Below are positions 1-11,681 of a stretch of DNA of 64,000 bases, piece by piece; positions within the stretch are counted from its first letter, which is position 1, and every line of letters starts with the position of its first letter. The notes beneath the pieces are model-generated. The model was not told the origin of the DNA. It saw only the letters and a list, made by a program, of their open reading frames with translations, and did no database searches. The stretch is from Heptranchias perlo. Its lineage: Eukaryota. Location: NCBI RefSeq assembly GCF_035084215.1, contig NC_090362.1:8122001-8186000 (forward strand), given 5' to 3'. A program made the translations under genes and the position numbers.

Positions 1-114
1 TGTTGGTCCCATCATGGACCACAACGACTGGATCTTACCCCTCCATCTCCAATATCCTTTCACACCAGTTCCTCCTGTTCCTCTTCCTCCTCCTGTTCCT
101 CTCCCCCCCCCCCC

Positions 115-404
115 NNNNNNNNNNNNNNNNNNNNNNNNNNNNNNNNNNNNNNNNNNNNNNNNNNNNNNNNNNNNNNNNNNNNNNNNNNNNNNNNNNNNNN
201 NNNNNNNNNNNNNNNNNNNNNNNNNNNNNNNNNNNNNNNNNNNNNNNNNNNNNNNNNNNNNNNNNNNNNNNNNNNNNNNNNNNNNNNNNNNNNNNNNNNN
301 NNNNNNNNNNNNNNNNNNNNNNNNNNNNNNNNNNNNNNNNNNNNNNNNNNNNNNNNNNNNNNNNNNNNNNNNNNNNNNNNNNNNNNNNNNNNNNNNNNNN
401 NNNN
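115..404. other. Assembly gap (290 N)
   Basis: Run of N; ORFs crossing it are meaningless. Confidence 0.99.
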
Positions 405-650
405 CAGGTAGTAAGTACATTGTACCTGTTGGATAGGATCAGTTTCTGCAGATCCTCGTTCTCTATCTTACCTGGGTTCCCCATACTCTGTACACTATCG
501 GTCACACCTACCCCCTTCTGATCCTGTATCTCTCTATGAGGTGTGACCCAGGTCTGGAACAAACTGTCCAGATACTCCTCCCCACTCCTTTATGTGTTGG
601 AGTGTCTCCAACTCGCACTCCAGCTCAATACTGCAGTTCAGTCACACAAC
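405..650 (-). mobile_element. CR1 LINE ORF1 fragment
   Basis: Minus-strand translation ...GEEYLDSLFQTWVTP...LILSNRYNVL resembles the coiled-coil-proximal part of vertebrate CR1 ORF1. Confidence 0.55.
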
Positions 651-1331
651 CTGCTCTGCCATATCTTAGTCTATATTTATTTATAGATAATTACTTCTTA
701 GTTTGTTTAGCTTTTTTAAAAAAAAATTTAGCACCTCCTTCCCCCTCTACATCTAATTCCGACCAAATTCTCAGATTCTTACTCTGTTCACTCTGTGCTT
801 CAGCTCTGGTGTATTTACATTAAAAATTCAAGTGTCTTTACATGCACAATACCTTTGCTGTAGGCTTTGGGAGACCAACACCATAATGGCCCCAGTATGT
901 GGCTCTCCCATGTTCATATGTTCCTCTTGTTCTCCCCATCGACCTGCTGGGAGGCCAATTTGAAAAGCAGAGAGCCAGTCTACTAAATAGGCCTTCAGTG
1001 GGCCTTTAGAGAATAGGAGCAGAGAACAGTACAGAGTATTCTTCAATTTTAAATACCAATTTTCTTTCATTTTGAAAACAACTATACAGAGAAAAATAGT
1101 CACGAGCTTCCGAGCAGAAGCTGAACTGGTCCAATGCGACAGAAATGCTGCAATACTGCATGAGAATACAAGCTCACCAACCGGCCGAACTGGCTCAGGC
1201 TAGCTCGGGGGGGGTCAAGGTTGCAGCAGCAAAACTAGAGACCTACCAAAAAAGCGGGTGTCCACTGCTGTCGGCTGAACCGAGACTGGCAAGTTTATAC
1301 TTGGTAATGTCGTTGACTATGCAGTGGATTA

Positions 1332-1690
1332 AGAACATAAGAAATAGGAGCAGGAGTAAATATGGCCCCTTGAGCCTGCTCCGCCATTCAACAAGATCAT
1401 GGCTGATCTTCCACCTCAACTCCACTTTCCCACCCTATCCCCATATTCCTTGATTCCCTTAAAGTCCAAATATCCATCGATCTCAGTCTTTAATATACTC
1501 AAAGATTGAGCATCCACAGCCCTCCTGAAGTTGAGAATTCCAAAGATTCACAGCCCTCCGAGTAAAGAATTTTTTCCTCATCTCGGTCCTAAATGGCCAA
1601 CCCCTTATCTTGAGACTATGACCCCTAGTTCTAGACTCTCCAGCCATGGGAAACAGCCTCTCAGTATCTACCCTGTCAAGCCCTCATGCA
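1332..1690 (-). mobile_element. CR1 LINE 3' fragment
   Basis: Starts with the aagaacataagaaatagg tail (reverse complement of the CR1 3' microsatellite), followed by degenerate ORF2 C-terminus. Confidence 0.75.
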
Positions 1691-1721
1691 AAGATTCTTC
1701 CAATACTCTGTACGTTTAGTT

Positions 1722-2192
1722 AACCTCAGGAAGGAAATATTGGCCTTGGAGAGGGTGCAGCGCAGATTCACCAGTATGATACCGGGGCTTAGAAGGTTAA
1801 ATTATGAGGACAGATCGCATTAGGCTTGTATTACCTTGGGTATACAAGATGAAGGGATGATCTAATTGAGGTGTTTAAGATGTTTAAAAGAATTGATAGG
1901 GTAGATAGAGAGAAACTATTTCCTCCGGTGGGAGAGTCCAGAACAAGGGGGCATAACCTTATAATTAGAGCTAGGCTGTTTAGGGGTGATGTCAGGAAGC
2001 ACTTCTTCACACAAAGGGTAGTGGAAATCTGGAACAAGCTGTTGAGGTTGGGGTCAATTGAAAATTTAAAAACCGAGATTGATAGATTTTTGTTAAGTCA
2101 GGGTATTAAGGGTTACAGAACCAAGGCGGATAAATGGAGTTAAGATCAGCCATGATCTAATCTGAATGGCGCACTCCTGTTCCTATGTTCTT
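1722..2192 (+). mobile_element. CR1 LINE 3' fragment
   Basis: ORF 1871-2143 ...SRTRGHNL...RKHFFTQRVVEIWNKL is the CR1 ORF2 C-terminal signature; ends in a ttcctatgttctt tail. Confidence 0.85.
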
Positions 2193-2399
2193 AACAGTGA
2201 TCTGGGAGAAAAGTTAAAACGCTAAGGGACCATGTGGAATTGAAAATGAGGTTTAAGAGTAAACCACTTGGCAGGTGTTATCAAGGGAGGGGAATAACAA
2301 TACTTCCTCCCACATCAGACATCTTGTCTGTGCTCCCAAAGTGAAGCTGTGGTTCCAGATAGCCTCAAAAGACTGAAAACTAACAAATTCCCAAGGACA

Positions 2400-4170
2400 G
2401 ATGAACTCTACCCCAGGATAGAGAGACAAGGAAGGAGATTTGTGAAGCACAGACAGCCATCATGAGGGAGTCAGTGAACACTGGGGAGATTCCAACAGAC
2501 TGGAAACAGGCAAATGTACTTGCCGCATTCAGGTAGGGAGACATAACTACAGAGCTACTAATCTGACCTTCATAATCGGAAAATAATCAAAAGCGAAACA
2601 GAAGAGCATCTGTATTTTAACCTTCAATGTGACTTCAGAAGGGGCAGATCTTGTCTCACTAACGTCATAAAGGAGATAATATCCCATGGTGACATATCCC
2701 ATACAACATAGTCAAACTTCCAAAAGACCTTTGATAAGTACAAGAACCTCCTTAATAGACTTCACTCTTTTCGACCTCAAGTGTGCTCAATGGCTGCACT
2801 CTTGGCTACCTCGTCTTCATTATTTGCTACCCGTCCTGTAGACATGGGATCAGTTTCCACATACATGCTAACGACACCCAGCTTTGCTTCCTGACAGCTG
2901 TCTGTCCGACATCAAGACCTGGGTCAGCCAAAACTTTCACCAGCTAAAAGTCATCAAAACTGAAGCCGACTACTTCTCAACTAGTGGTTCCTTTGATCAC
3001 GAATGCTTCCACCCTCAAATTCCCTCCCTCGGCACACCTCTGTTTTGTCACCTCCCTCCCAAAAGCCTAAGACTCTTCTTTCTCATGATGGTTTTGCCAC
3101 CCCCCCTGCAATCCAATCCTTGCTTTTCCTTTCTGCCTCCTGCTTGGTGCCCACTCTTTGCCTGCTGCCCTATAAAGCATGTTATGATATCTCTCTGCAG
3201 CTGAGGATCACCATAGAAATCCAGGTTGTTATTGCAAGTTGGTGGGTTAGTAATGGGCCAAAGGGAAGGAAGCCGAGGGTAGTTATGAAGGGAGCTCCAC
3301 TGAAATGAGGAAAGTACTGAGGGAACGCACCAGGGATTCATGCTGGGATACCTCCTGTTTATGAGATACATAAAGGATATGGGATACATAAAGGACCTGG
3401 ATTTTTCAGTCTCAGTGCAAGGTAATTAAATTCACAGGTGACGCCAAGATTGGGGAGAAGGAGGGGAAACAAATTGTAGACTTACAGGTGACAGCTAAGA
3501 TCTTACAAAGAGAACTCAACAAGGCCGATCAGTGGCAGATAAAATTCAGCACATCAAATGCAAAGTACTGCAAACTGAAAGTAAAAAAAATAGGAGTCAC
3601 GTGTGCTCCACGAGTGGAGCAGAACTTGCCATGGGGGAATTTGAAAGAAACCTGTGTGTTATTTTACTTATCATTTGCAAACAGAGTGATGCAACAATGA
3701 AGCAACCACAGTTCTGGGAAGCAACCACATTTTGGGCTATAATTGCCAAATTAGTGCAGCTGAAATCGTCAGAAGTCATGCTGAAGAAGTATGGTGTCCT
3801 GGTCAGACTGCTCCTGTCATAATCCTCATAGTTCTGATAACTAAAACTTAAGGGGGCCATCCAGACTCTAGAGGAGGTACAGAGTAAAACAACAAGGATG
3901 GTCCCCAGTGTTGGAATGACGAGCCATAAGGAATGACTGGATAACCAGGGCTAGTCGGCCTCATAAAAGAGATGCTTCAGAGGGGACCTTATAAAGGTTT
4001 ACAGGATACTTAACAGGATTTTCAGATATGCCAGGGCAGCTGGACAAGAGGGTACAGGTGCAGGACTATGAACAAGAGACATCTGGAAGTATCTCTTACA
4101 GCAGCAGGTATGTGTTGTCGGGATGGGCACTAGACTCAAGGAACAGCTGGCTGCTGTAAAGGGAAGATGG
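2400..4170 (+). mobile_element. Highly degenerate CR1 ORF2 remnants with an intervening L2-like fragment
   Basis: Broken RT-region motifs (FQKTFDK-like, ADQWQIKF, EVMLKKYGVLVR); LSDIKTWVSQNFHQLKVIKTE at 2884 is L2-like. Confidence 0.55.
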
Positions 4171-4416
4171 TAAGGTTAGCATTCTGGAAGGATGATTTTT
4201 TTTTCCCTACACAAAGTAATGAACTGAACTCTGAACTGGTCAATTGCACCTATTTCTCACTTCCTGTTTTGTGGTTCTTAGGGTCCCTGAACCATAAACA
4301 AGACTTTAGCTACTACAAGTCAATCTCCAGTGGCATTGCTCGGGGGCAGAGTCAAAACCAAGTGCAGTCATCCAGTTGAGCAGGGTTAGAGGCTGGAGGA
4401 GGAAGAGAGAGAAAAG

Positions 4417-5488
4417 AAAGAAAGAACTTGCATTTCTAGAGTGACTTTCATGACCTCAGGATTTCCCAAAGTTCTTTACAGCCAATTAAGTACTTCTGAA
4501 GTGTAGTCACCGTTTTAATATAGAAAACACGGCAGCCAATTTACACACAGCAAGGTCCCACAATCAGCAACGTGATAATGATCAGATAATCTGATTTAGT
4601 GATGTTGGTTAAGGAATAAATATTGGCCAGGGCACCGGGGAGAACTCGCCTTGCTCTTCTTCAAAATAGTGCCATGGGATCTTTTACGTCTAACTGAAAG
4701 GGCAGACGGGGCCCCAGTTTAACGTCTCATCCGAAAGACGGCACCTCTGACAGTGCAGCACTCCCTCAGTACTGCACTGGAGTGTCAGCCTAGATCATGT
4801 GCTTAAACATAAATACTGTGGCTAGGTATTCTGTGGCGAGTGACTCACCTCCTGACTACCCAAAGCCTTTCCACCATCTACAAGGCACAGGTCAGGAGTG
4901 TGATGGAATACTCTCTACTTGCTTGGACGAATGCAGCTCCAACAACACTCAAGAAGCTCGACACCATCCAGGACAAAGCAGCCCGCTTGATTGGCATCCC
5001 ATCCACCACCCTAAACATTCACTCCCTTCACCACTGGCGCACAGTGGCTGCAGTGTGTACCATCCACAGGATGCGCTGCAGCAACTCGCCAAGGCTTCTT
5101 CGACAGCACCTCCCAAACCCACGACCTCTACCACCTAGAAGGACAAGGGCAGCAGGCACATGGGAACAACACCACCTGCACGTTCCCCTCCAAGTCACAC
5201 ACCATCCCGACTTGGAAATATATCGCCGTTCCTTCATCGTCGCTGGGTCAAAATCCGGGAACTCCCTTCCTAACAGCACTGTGGCAGAACCTTCACTACA
5301 CGGACTGCAGCGGTTCAAGAAGGCGGCTCGTCACCACCTTCTCAGGGCAATTAGGGATGGGCAATAAATGCTGGCCTTGCCAATGACGCCCACATCCCAT
5401 GAATGAATTAAAAAAAAGTCTCTGGGGTGGGAACTGAACCCACAACTTCCTGACTCAGAGGTGAGAGTGCTACCCACTGAGCCACGGT
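4417..5488 (-). mobile_element. Deu-domain tRNA SINE (SacSINE1-like), split by a LINE insertion at about 4805-5417
   Basis: Deu core gggatcttttacgtc...ctcatccgaaagacggcacc...gcactccctcagtactgcactgg; tRNA-like head resumes at 5419 (gtctctggggtgggaactgaacccac...actgagccacgg). Confidence 0.8.
4805..5417 (+). mobile_element. 3' fragment of CR1/L2-group LINE (same family as 8316-10866)
   Basis: ORF 4840-5367 IYKAQVRSVMEYS...LKKLDTIQDKAARLI; tail gggcaataaatgctggccttgcc...cacatcccatgaatgaattaaaaaaaaa. Confidence 0.9.
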
Positions 5489-6244
5489 AAAGGCAGGAAA
5501 AGGATGCCAGAGATGAATTAGAGATCCAGCAAAGGGACGCAAAGAGAATTAAAGGCCACCAGAGCAGGACTGGAGCCCAAAGGGAACAAATGCACTGCTG
5601 CAACCAGGGACACCAGTGCAGTGATCCCAGCCAGAGAGTGTAGGGAGGGGGAGTAAAGAGGAGTTCTCTGTTTTTGGTGCTGTCATTGTTGGATGAGTCC
5701 CAACTATTGTACATTCTGCAAAATTTCAGGGGTGTAAAATTCACATAATTTGGGGGGGGGGTGGAATTGAGGAGAAAAGTTCTAGAAATGTAGTTTAGTT
5801 AGGAACACACCAAACTTAACCACCCTGTGTCTCATTGCAATTAAACAGCGAGGATTTGCAAGCACTGTGCTTTCATTTTTTTGGTGGAGGGAAAAGAAAT
5901 TATCAGAAAATAATTTTAAATAGATATAGCTTTTTCATTTTAAAAAATCCACAAACTATTTACCTGTCCAGTTACAAACCTGACGTGACCAGGATTCTGG
6001 ATCACAAGACATTCCCCGCAGCCACAAAGCAATAACCTTAACTCATTAATCACGGAGTCAGGTCAGTACATCATCCTCCACGGTGCTGTTTGCCTCTGGT
6101 GAGTCTCAGCATGTCTCCAGTGCCTGTCTGATGGAACAGGCAGGCTGGCACTCGCACAGAAGTCATGTGAATCGCAGAAGGCAGCCTCCCTAGTGTCCCT
6201 GCCAGGAGCTTCAACCACAATAATGAATTAATGTGGCCTATTCA

Positions 6245-6490
6245 AAAAGAAGCAGGGAGCTATCGCGAGTTCCCTGGCCAATATTTATCCCTCAACCAAC
6301 GTCACCAAAACAGATTATATGGTCATTTATATCACTGCTTTGTGGTACCTTGCTGTGCACAAAATGGCTGCTGAATTTTCGTACATTACAACAGTGACTA
6401 CACCTGAAAAATGCTTCATTGGCTGTGAAGCGCTTTGGGACATCCGAGAGGTTGTGAAAGGCGCTATATAAATGCAAGTTCTTTCTTTTC
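6245..6490 (+). mobile_element. Deu-SINE 3' half
   Basis: Matches the other SINE copies; ends aaaggcgctatataaatgcaagttctttc. Confidence 0.75.
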
Positions 6491-7056
6491 TTGCAATGGA
6501 ACGCACGATCCATGTAGGAATTTAACATTTTAAAGATACGCTATGTTGGGGGCGGGGGGTGGGAAGTAGGGCTAAATTACATACAAGTAGCTGGCTAGCA
6601 TCAAGATAGACTCCAGCCGAAGACGTGGAGTCAGGGCTACAGAGGAAGCAGAATTTGCCACGGGTCAATGCATTGGAGAATCAACTGAGCAGAAATCACA
6701 TTGCGATTCAACTCACGTGTGTGAAATAACTTGAAATTCAGCATATCTCAGAAGCCTGACTAAAGCAGTTTGAATGATGCTTGTGACACTGACAATACAT
6801 AATTTCCTATTTTTAAGCAAGCGTTCTTGTTAATGGAGGAAGTAGAGTTAGTTGGAACATAGGAGATTCCCTGCAGTACAGGCTGAGGAGCCGGGAGATA
6901 GCAAACTGAGTTGCCATCACTGACAGTGTAAAAACTTTACATAGGCAACTTCCATTATACAGGTGGACATATCATTTACAAATGGAAACGGTGACACAAA
7001 AGTGCAACAAAAACATGACAATAGGTAGTAAGATTTTGTGGATAGGCGCAGGACAG

Positions 7057-7292
7057 ATTTTTTTTTCATTCATGGGATGTGGGTGTCGCTGGCAAGGCTG
7101 ACATTTATTGCCCATCCCTAATTGCCCTCGAGAAGGTGGTGGTGAGCCGCCTTCTTGAACCGCTGCAGTCCATATGATGAAGGTTCTCCCACAGTGCTGT
7201 TAGGAAGGGAGTTCCAGGATTTTGACCCAGCAACAATGAAGGAACGGCGATATATTTTCAAGTCAGGATGGTGTGTGATTTGGAGGGGAACT
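7057..7292 (-). mobile_element. 3' end of CR1/L2-group LINE
   Basis: Reverse complement of the same tail and 3' region as 4805-5417. Confidence 0.8.
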
Positions 7293-7764
7293 TATAGGGT
7301 TTTTAAATATATTATATAGGTAGTTGGATGAAGTGCTCCTGAGATGGGATGCGTAAAATTACAACTTACACATCAGATACCGCCTTCAGTTAATATCTAA
7401 CATATACAAGGATATAAGTTAGTGAAATTCTCTAAAAACAAATGACCACAGCAAAATGGGTACGTACAAGTGACAGCATGAAAAAATGCGCACGTTATGC
7501 ACTCAGCTCACCTCTGCTTCTGGGATGTTCTCCCATTTGCACTCTCACCTGTAACCTCATGTCTCTCACTCTCACATCCTCCACATATTGCAATGCCTGC
7601 TGTAAGCCATTTCATGACTACATTTCTAACCAGAGTTGCTCTGCACACACAGTTTTCCACCCCAGCCATAACAAACCTGCTGACAGCAGCCGTTAACATT
7701 TGCCACTGGTGGCACTTTGCCTTTCGAGGCAAATGAAACTATCTCACCACATGGTGCCCTTTTT

Positions 7765-8145
7765 AATTGGAACAGAGGAGGCGGAGGGGAGATTTAATTG
7801 AGGTGTATAAAATTATTAGCTTCCGAGATAGAGTGGATAGGGAGAATCTATTTCCCTTAGCAGAGGGGTCAGTGACCAGGGGACATAGATTTAAAGTAAT
7901 TGGTAGAAGGATTAGAGGGGAGCTGAGGAGAAATGTTTTCACCCAGAGGGTGCCTGGAAGTGTGGTAGAGGCAGAAACCCTCAACTCATTTAAAAAGTTC
8001 TTGGATGTGCACTGGAAGTGCCGTAACCTACAGGGCTACAGACCAAGTGCTGGAAAATGGGATTAAGCTGGATAGCTCTTTTTCGGCTGGTACAAACACG
8101 ATGGGCCGAATGGCCTCCTTCTGTGCCATAACTTTCTATGATTCT
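7765..8145 (+). mobile_element. CR1 LINE 3' fragment
   Basis: ORF RRRRGDLIEVYKI...TRGHRFKV...FTQRV; ttctatgattcta tail. Confidence 0.85.
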
Positions 8146-8315
8146 ATACCTCCAGAGACATGTACGCCACCCATTTACAAATGGGGCAACAATCTCCACC
8201 TCTCCCTTACTTTCTTATTCGGGGGAAATTTTCCCAGAGGTTATGAATAATTTGGGTGCAGTCCACTCCACAATGGATTGTACACCGGGACCTTGTCAAC
8301 CTGGGGGGGATTTTT

Positions 8316-10866
8316 TTTTAAAAATTCGTTCATGGGATGTGGGCGTCGCTGGCGAGGCCGGCATTTTTATTGCCCATCCCTAATTCCCTTGAGAAGGTGG
8401 TGGTGAGCTGCCTTCTTGAACCGCTGCAGTCCGTGTGGTGAAGGTTCTCCCACAGTGCTGTTAGGAAGGGAGTTCCAGGATTTTGACCCAGCGAGTCAAG
8501 GAAGGAACGGTGATACATTTCCAAGTCGGGATGGTGTGTGACTTGGAGGGGAACGTGCAGGTGGTGTTGTTCCCATCTACCTGCTGCTCTTGTCCTTCTA
8601 CGTGGTAGAGGTCACGGGTTTGGGAGGTGCTGTCGAAGAAGCCTTGGCGAGTTGCTACAGTGCATCCTGTGTTTGGTACACACTGCAGCCACTGTCCGCC
8701 GGTGGTGAAGGGAGTGCATGTTTAGGGTGGTGGATGGGCTGCCAATCAAGCGGGCTGCTTCGTTCTGAATGGTGTCGAGCTTCTTGAGTGTTGTTGGAGC
8801 TGCACTCATCCAGGCAAGTGGAGAGTATTCCATCACACTCCTGACTTGTGCCTTGTAGATGGTGGACAGGCTTTGGGGAGTCAGGAGGTGAGTCACTCGC
8901 CGCAGAATACCCAGCCTCTGACCTGCTCTTGTAGCCACAGTATTTATATGGCTGGTCCAGTTAAGTTTCTGGTCAATGGTGACCCCCAGGATGTTGATGG
9001 TGGGGGATTCGGCGATGGTAATGCCGTTGAATGTTAAGGGGAGGTGGTTAGACTCTCTCTTGTTGGAGACGGTCATTGCCTGGCACCAATGTTACTTGTC
9101 ACTTATGAGCCCAAGCCTGGATGTTGTCCAGATCTTACTGCATGCGGGCTTGGACTGCTTCATTATTTGAGGGGTTGCGAATGGAACTGAACACTGTACA
9201 ATCATCAGCGAACATCCCCATTTCTGACCTTATGATGGAGGGAAGGTCATTGATGAAGCAGCTGAAGATGGTTGGGCCTAGGACACTGCCCTGAGGAACT
9301 CCTGCAGCAATGTCTTGGGGCTGAGATGATTGGCCTCCAACAACCACTACCATCGTCCTTTGTGCTAGGTATGACTCCAGCCACTGGAGAGTTTTCCCCC
9401 TGATTCCCATTGACTTCAATTTTACTAGGGCTCCTTGGTGCCACACTCGGTCAAATGCTGCCTTGATGTCAAGGGCAGTCACTCTCACCTCACCTCTGGA
9501 ATTCAGCTCTTTTGTCCATGTTTGGACCAAGGCTGTAATGAAGTCTGGAGCCGAATGGTCCTGGCGGAACCCAAACTGAGCATCGGTGAGCAGGTTATTG
9601 GTGAGTAAGTGGCGCTTGATAGCACTGTCGACGATACCTTCCATCACTTTGCTGATGATCGAGAGTAGACTGATGGGGCGGTAACTGGCCAGATTGGATT
9701 TGTCCTGCTCTTTGTGGACAGGACATACCTGGGCAATTTTCCACATTGTCGGGTAGATGCCAGTTTCGTAGCTGTACTGGGACAGCTTGGCTAGAGGCGC
9801 AGCTAGTTCTGGAGCACAAGTCTTCAGCACTACAGCCGGGATGTTGTCGGGGCCCATAGCCTTTGCTGTATCCAGTGCACTCAGCCGTTTCTTGATATCA
9901 CATGGAATGAATCGAATTGGCTGAAGACTGGCTTCTGTGATGGTGGGGATATCGGGAGGAGGCTGAGATGGATCATCCACTCGGCATTTCTGGCTGAAGA
10001 TGGTTGCAAACGCTTCAGACATGTCTTTTGCACTCACGTGCTGGACTCCGCCATCATTGAGGATAGGGATGTGTACAGACCCTTCTCCTCCCGTTAGTTG
10101 TTTAATTGTCCACCACCATTCACGACTGGATGTGGCAGGACTGCAGAGCTTTGATCTGATCCGTTGGTTGTGGAATCGCATAGCTCTGTCTATAGCATGT
10201 TGCTTCCGCTGTTTAGCATGCACGTAGTCCTGAGTTGTAGGTTCACCAGGTTGGCACCTCATTTTTAGGTACACTTGGTGCTGCTCCTGGCATGCTCTTC
10301 TACACTCCTCATTGAACCAGAGTTGATCCCCTGGCTTGTTGGTAATGGTGGAGTGAGGAATATGCCGGGCCATGAGGTTACAGATTGTGCTGGAATACAA
10401 TTCTGCTGCTGCTGATGGCCCACAGCGCCTCATGGTTGCCCAGTTTTGAGCTGCTAGATCTGTTCTGAATCTATCCCATTTAGCACGGTGGTAGTGGCAC
10501 ACAAGTTGGATGGTATCCTCAGTGCAAAGACAGGACGTCGTCTTCACAAAGACTGTGCGATGATCACTCCTACCAATACTGTCATGGAAGATGCATCTGT
10601 GACAGGTAGATTGGTGAGGACGAGGTCAAGTAAGTTTTTCCCTCGTGTTGGTTTGCTCACCACCTGGCAGCTATGTCCTTCAGGACTCAGCCAGCTCGGT
10701 CAGTAGTGGTGCTACCGAGCCACTCTTGGCGATGGTCATTGAAGTCCCCCACCCAAAGTACATTCTGTGCCCTTGCTGCCCTCAGTGCTTCCTCCAAGTG
10801 GTGTTCAACATGGAGGAGGACTGATTCATCAGCTGAGGGAGGGCGGTAGGTGGCAATCAGCAGGAG
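8316..10866 (-). mobile_element. 5'-truncated CR1/L2-group non-LTR retrotransposon (partial AP endonuclease + reverse transcriptase)
   Basis: 470-aa ORF 9135-10547 with [35 protein letters not shown]; endonuclease motif WVGDFN near 10740-10760; RT C-terminus in ORF 8612-9076; 3' tail at about 8316-8400. Stops and deletions indicate inactivity. Confidence 0.93.
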
Positions 10867-11310
10867 TGTTAGGGTGGAGATGTACAGTCAACAACAAAGA
10901 CAACAAACCCAAATAAAAATATTGTTTGTATCAGAGTGACACTTGGTAGGTCTGTCTCACTACCAACATTTCCCTGACGATGGCAAATGAGAGCTGGGAC
11001 CATTAGGAAGAGAGGATAGTGAGTTGGTGGAGAGGACGAGGGGGGCGGGGGTAGGGGAGGGGGTTGAAGGACTGAGAGCGGAGGAGGCACAGGAGGGGAG
11101 CGGGGGAGAGGGGGTACAGGAGACTGGGGGGGGGGGGCATAGGGACCGGTGACAGGTGGGCAGATGGACCGGGGACCTAGGGGTCCGGGGGCCTCGGGGA
11201 CCGGAGGGAGGGAGGGCGGTCAGGGGTCACGACCGGAAGGGGGAATCAGGGGCCTCGGGGACCAGGGGGCCCCGGGGACCTCGGGGTCTGGGGGCCTCGG
11301 GTGGAGGTTT

Positions 11311-11382
11311 GGGGGTCTCGGGCACCGGGGGGTCTCGGGCACCGGGGGGTCGCGGGCACCGGGGGGTCTCGGGCACCGGGGG
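11311..11382. repeat. GC-rich 17-bp tandem repeat (GGGGGGTCTCGGGCACC, about 4 copies)
   Basis: Directly visible; G-run rich. Confidence 0.85.
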
Positions 11383-11417
11383 CCATCCCCTTCTCACCCA
11401 CCCCCCTCTCCCAGTAC

Positions 11418-11472
11418 CTTCGCTCTCCGACTCCTCGGGCCGCAGGAGCGGCTCCCTGTCCCGCGCTGCCAT
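11418..11472 (-). CDS. Candidate first coding exon of an unidentified gene (MAARDREPLLRPEESESE-G)
   Basis: Strong Kozak context AGGATGG inside the CpG island; donor AAG|GTACTG (phase 1); DREPLL fits the [DE]xxxLL sorting motif. Downstream exons not established. Confidence 0.5.
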
Positions 11473-11681
11473 CCTGCCCCTCATCAGGCCGCTTTCCCCG
11501 AGTCCCGGGAGCCGGAGCTCTCCAACCGCCCCGCTCGCAACGTCACCACGCCGAGCCCTGAGGGGCGGGGCCGCTCGCCAATGGTCAGAAGGGCGCTGCG
11601 CATTACGTCACTGGGAGGGTGGGTGGGGCCATCACATTACCATGGAAACAAGGGACATCGCGCTGGAGGGGAAACAGCAGA

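Larger units (their letters stand above)
11140..11680. promoter_or_regulatory. CpG-island promoter, probably bidirectional
   Basis: Very GC/CpG-rich; GC box GGGGCGGGGC at 11562-11571, CCAAT at 11578-11582, CRE-like TTACGTCA at 11603-11610, RFX X-box-like ATTACCATGGAAAC at 11636-11649. Confidence 0.75.

Noticed and set aside
3-562. ORFs spanning the N run
   Set aside because: Created by the assembly gap.
6717-7596. Minus-strand exon candidates 7512-7596 and about 6717-6806 as firm CDS features
   Set aside because: Phases fit but polypyrimidine tracts are weak and the peptide is unrecognised; mentioned only as leads.
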